A stretch of DNA of 64,000 bases from the NCBI RefSeq assembly GCF_001194135.2, contig NC_068994.1, positions 50,647,025 to 50,711,024 on the forward strand, in the 5' to 3' direction. Below are positions 63,870 to 64,000 of this stretch, one piece after another; position 1 is the stretch's first letter; each line of letters starts with the position of its first letter. The notes below the pieces were generated by a model. It did not search any database. It worked only from the letters and a program-made list of their open reading frames with translations, and had not been told where the DNA came from. A program made the translations under genes and the position numbers. This stretch comes from Octopus bimaculoides (Eukaryota).

Positions 63870-64000
<131 letters not shown>

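Overview
AT-rich, repeat-saturated eukaryotic genomic DNA from a draft assembly, with eight N-gaps of about 95-980 nt plus many 10-N gaps. From memory, not a search, the repeat families look like those of an octopod cephalopod. No long CDS can be supported; almost all ORF-track entries are microsatellite, SINE or N-run artefacts. The window contains: (i) dozens of SINE copies from at least five families, labelled A-E here; (ii) three decayed RTE-clade LINE 3' fragments; (iii) DNA-transposon relics: two TTAA/CCCTTT piggyBac-type MITE families, hAT MITEs, a hAT transposase C-terminus, a rearranged DD41D-like Tc1/mariner fragment and two GGATC-ended MITEs with 8-bp TSDs; (iv) minimal type-I hammerhead-ribozyme-like motifs of the kind carried by Penelope-like elements; (v) the probable spliced 3' end of an unidentified + strand gene (exons near 28858-28904 and 29126-29193), with a candidate 8-nt microexon or recursive splice site upstream and a decayed duplicate of one exon; (vi) abundant di- and trinucleotide repeats and several long fold-backs. 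I found no unambiguous new system. The best leads are the hammerhead motifs, the microexon/recursive site and the fold-back elements.
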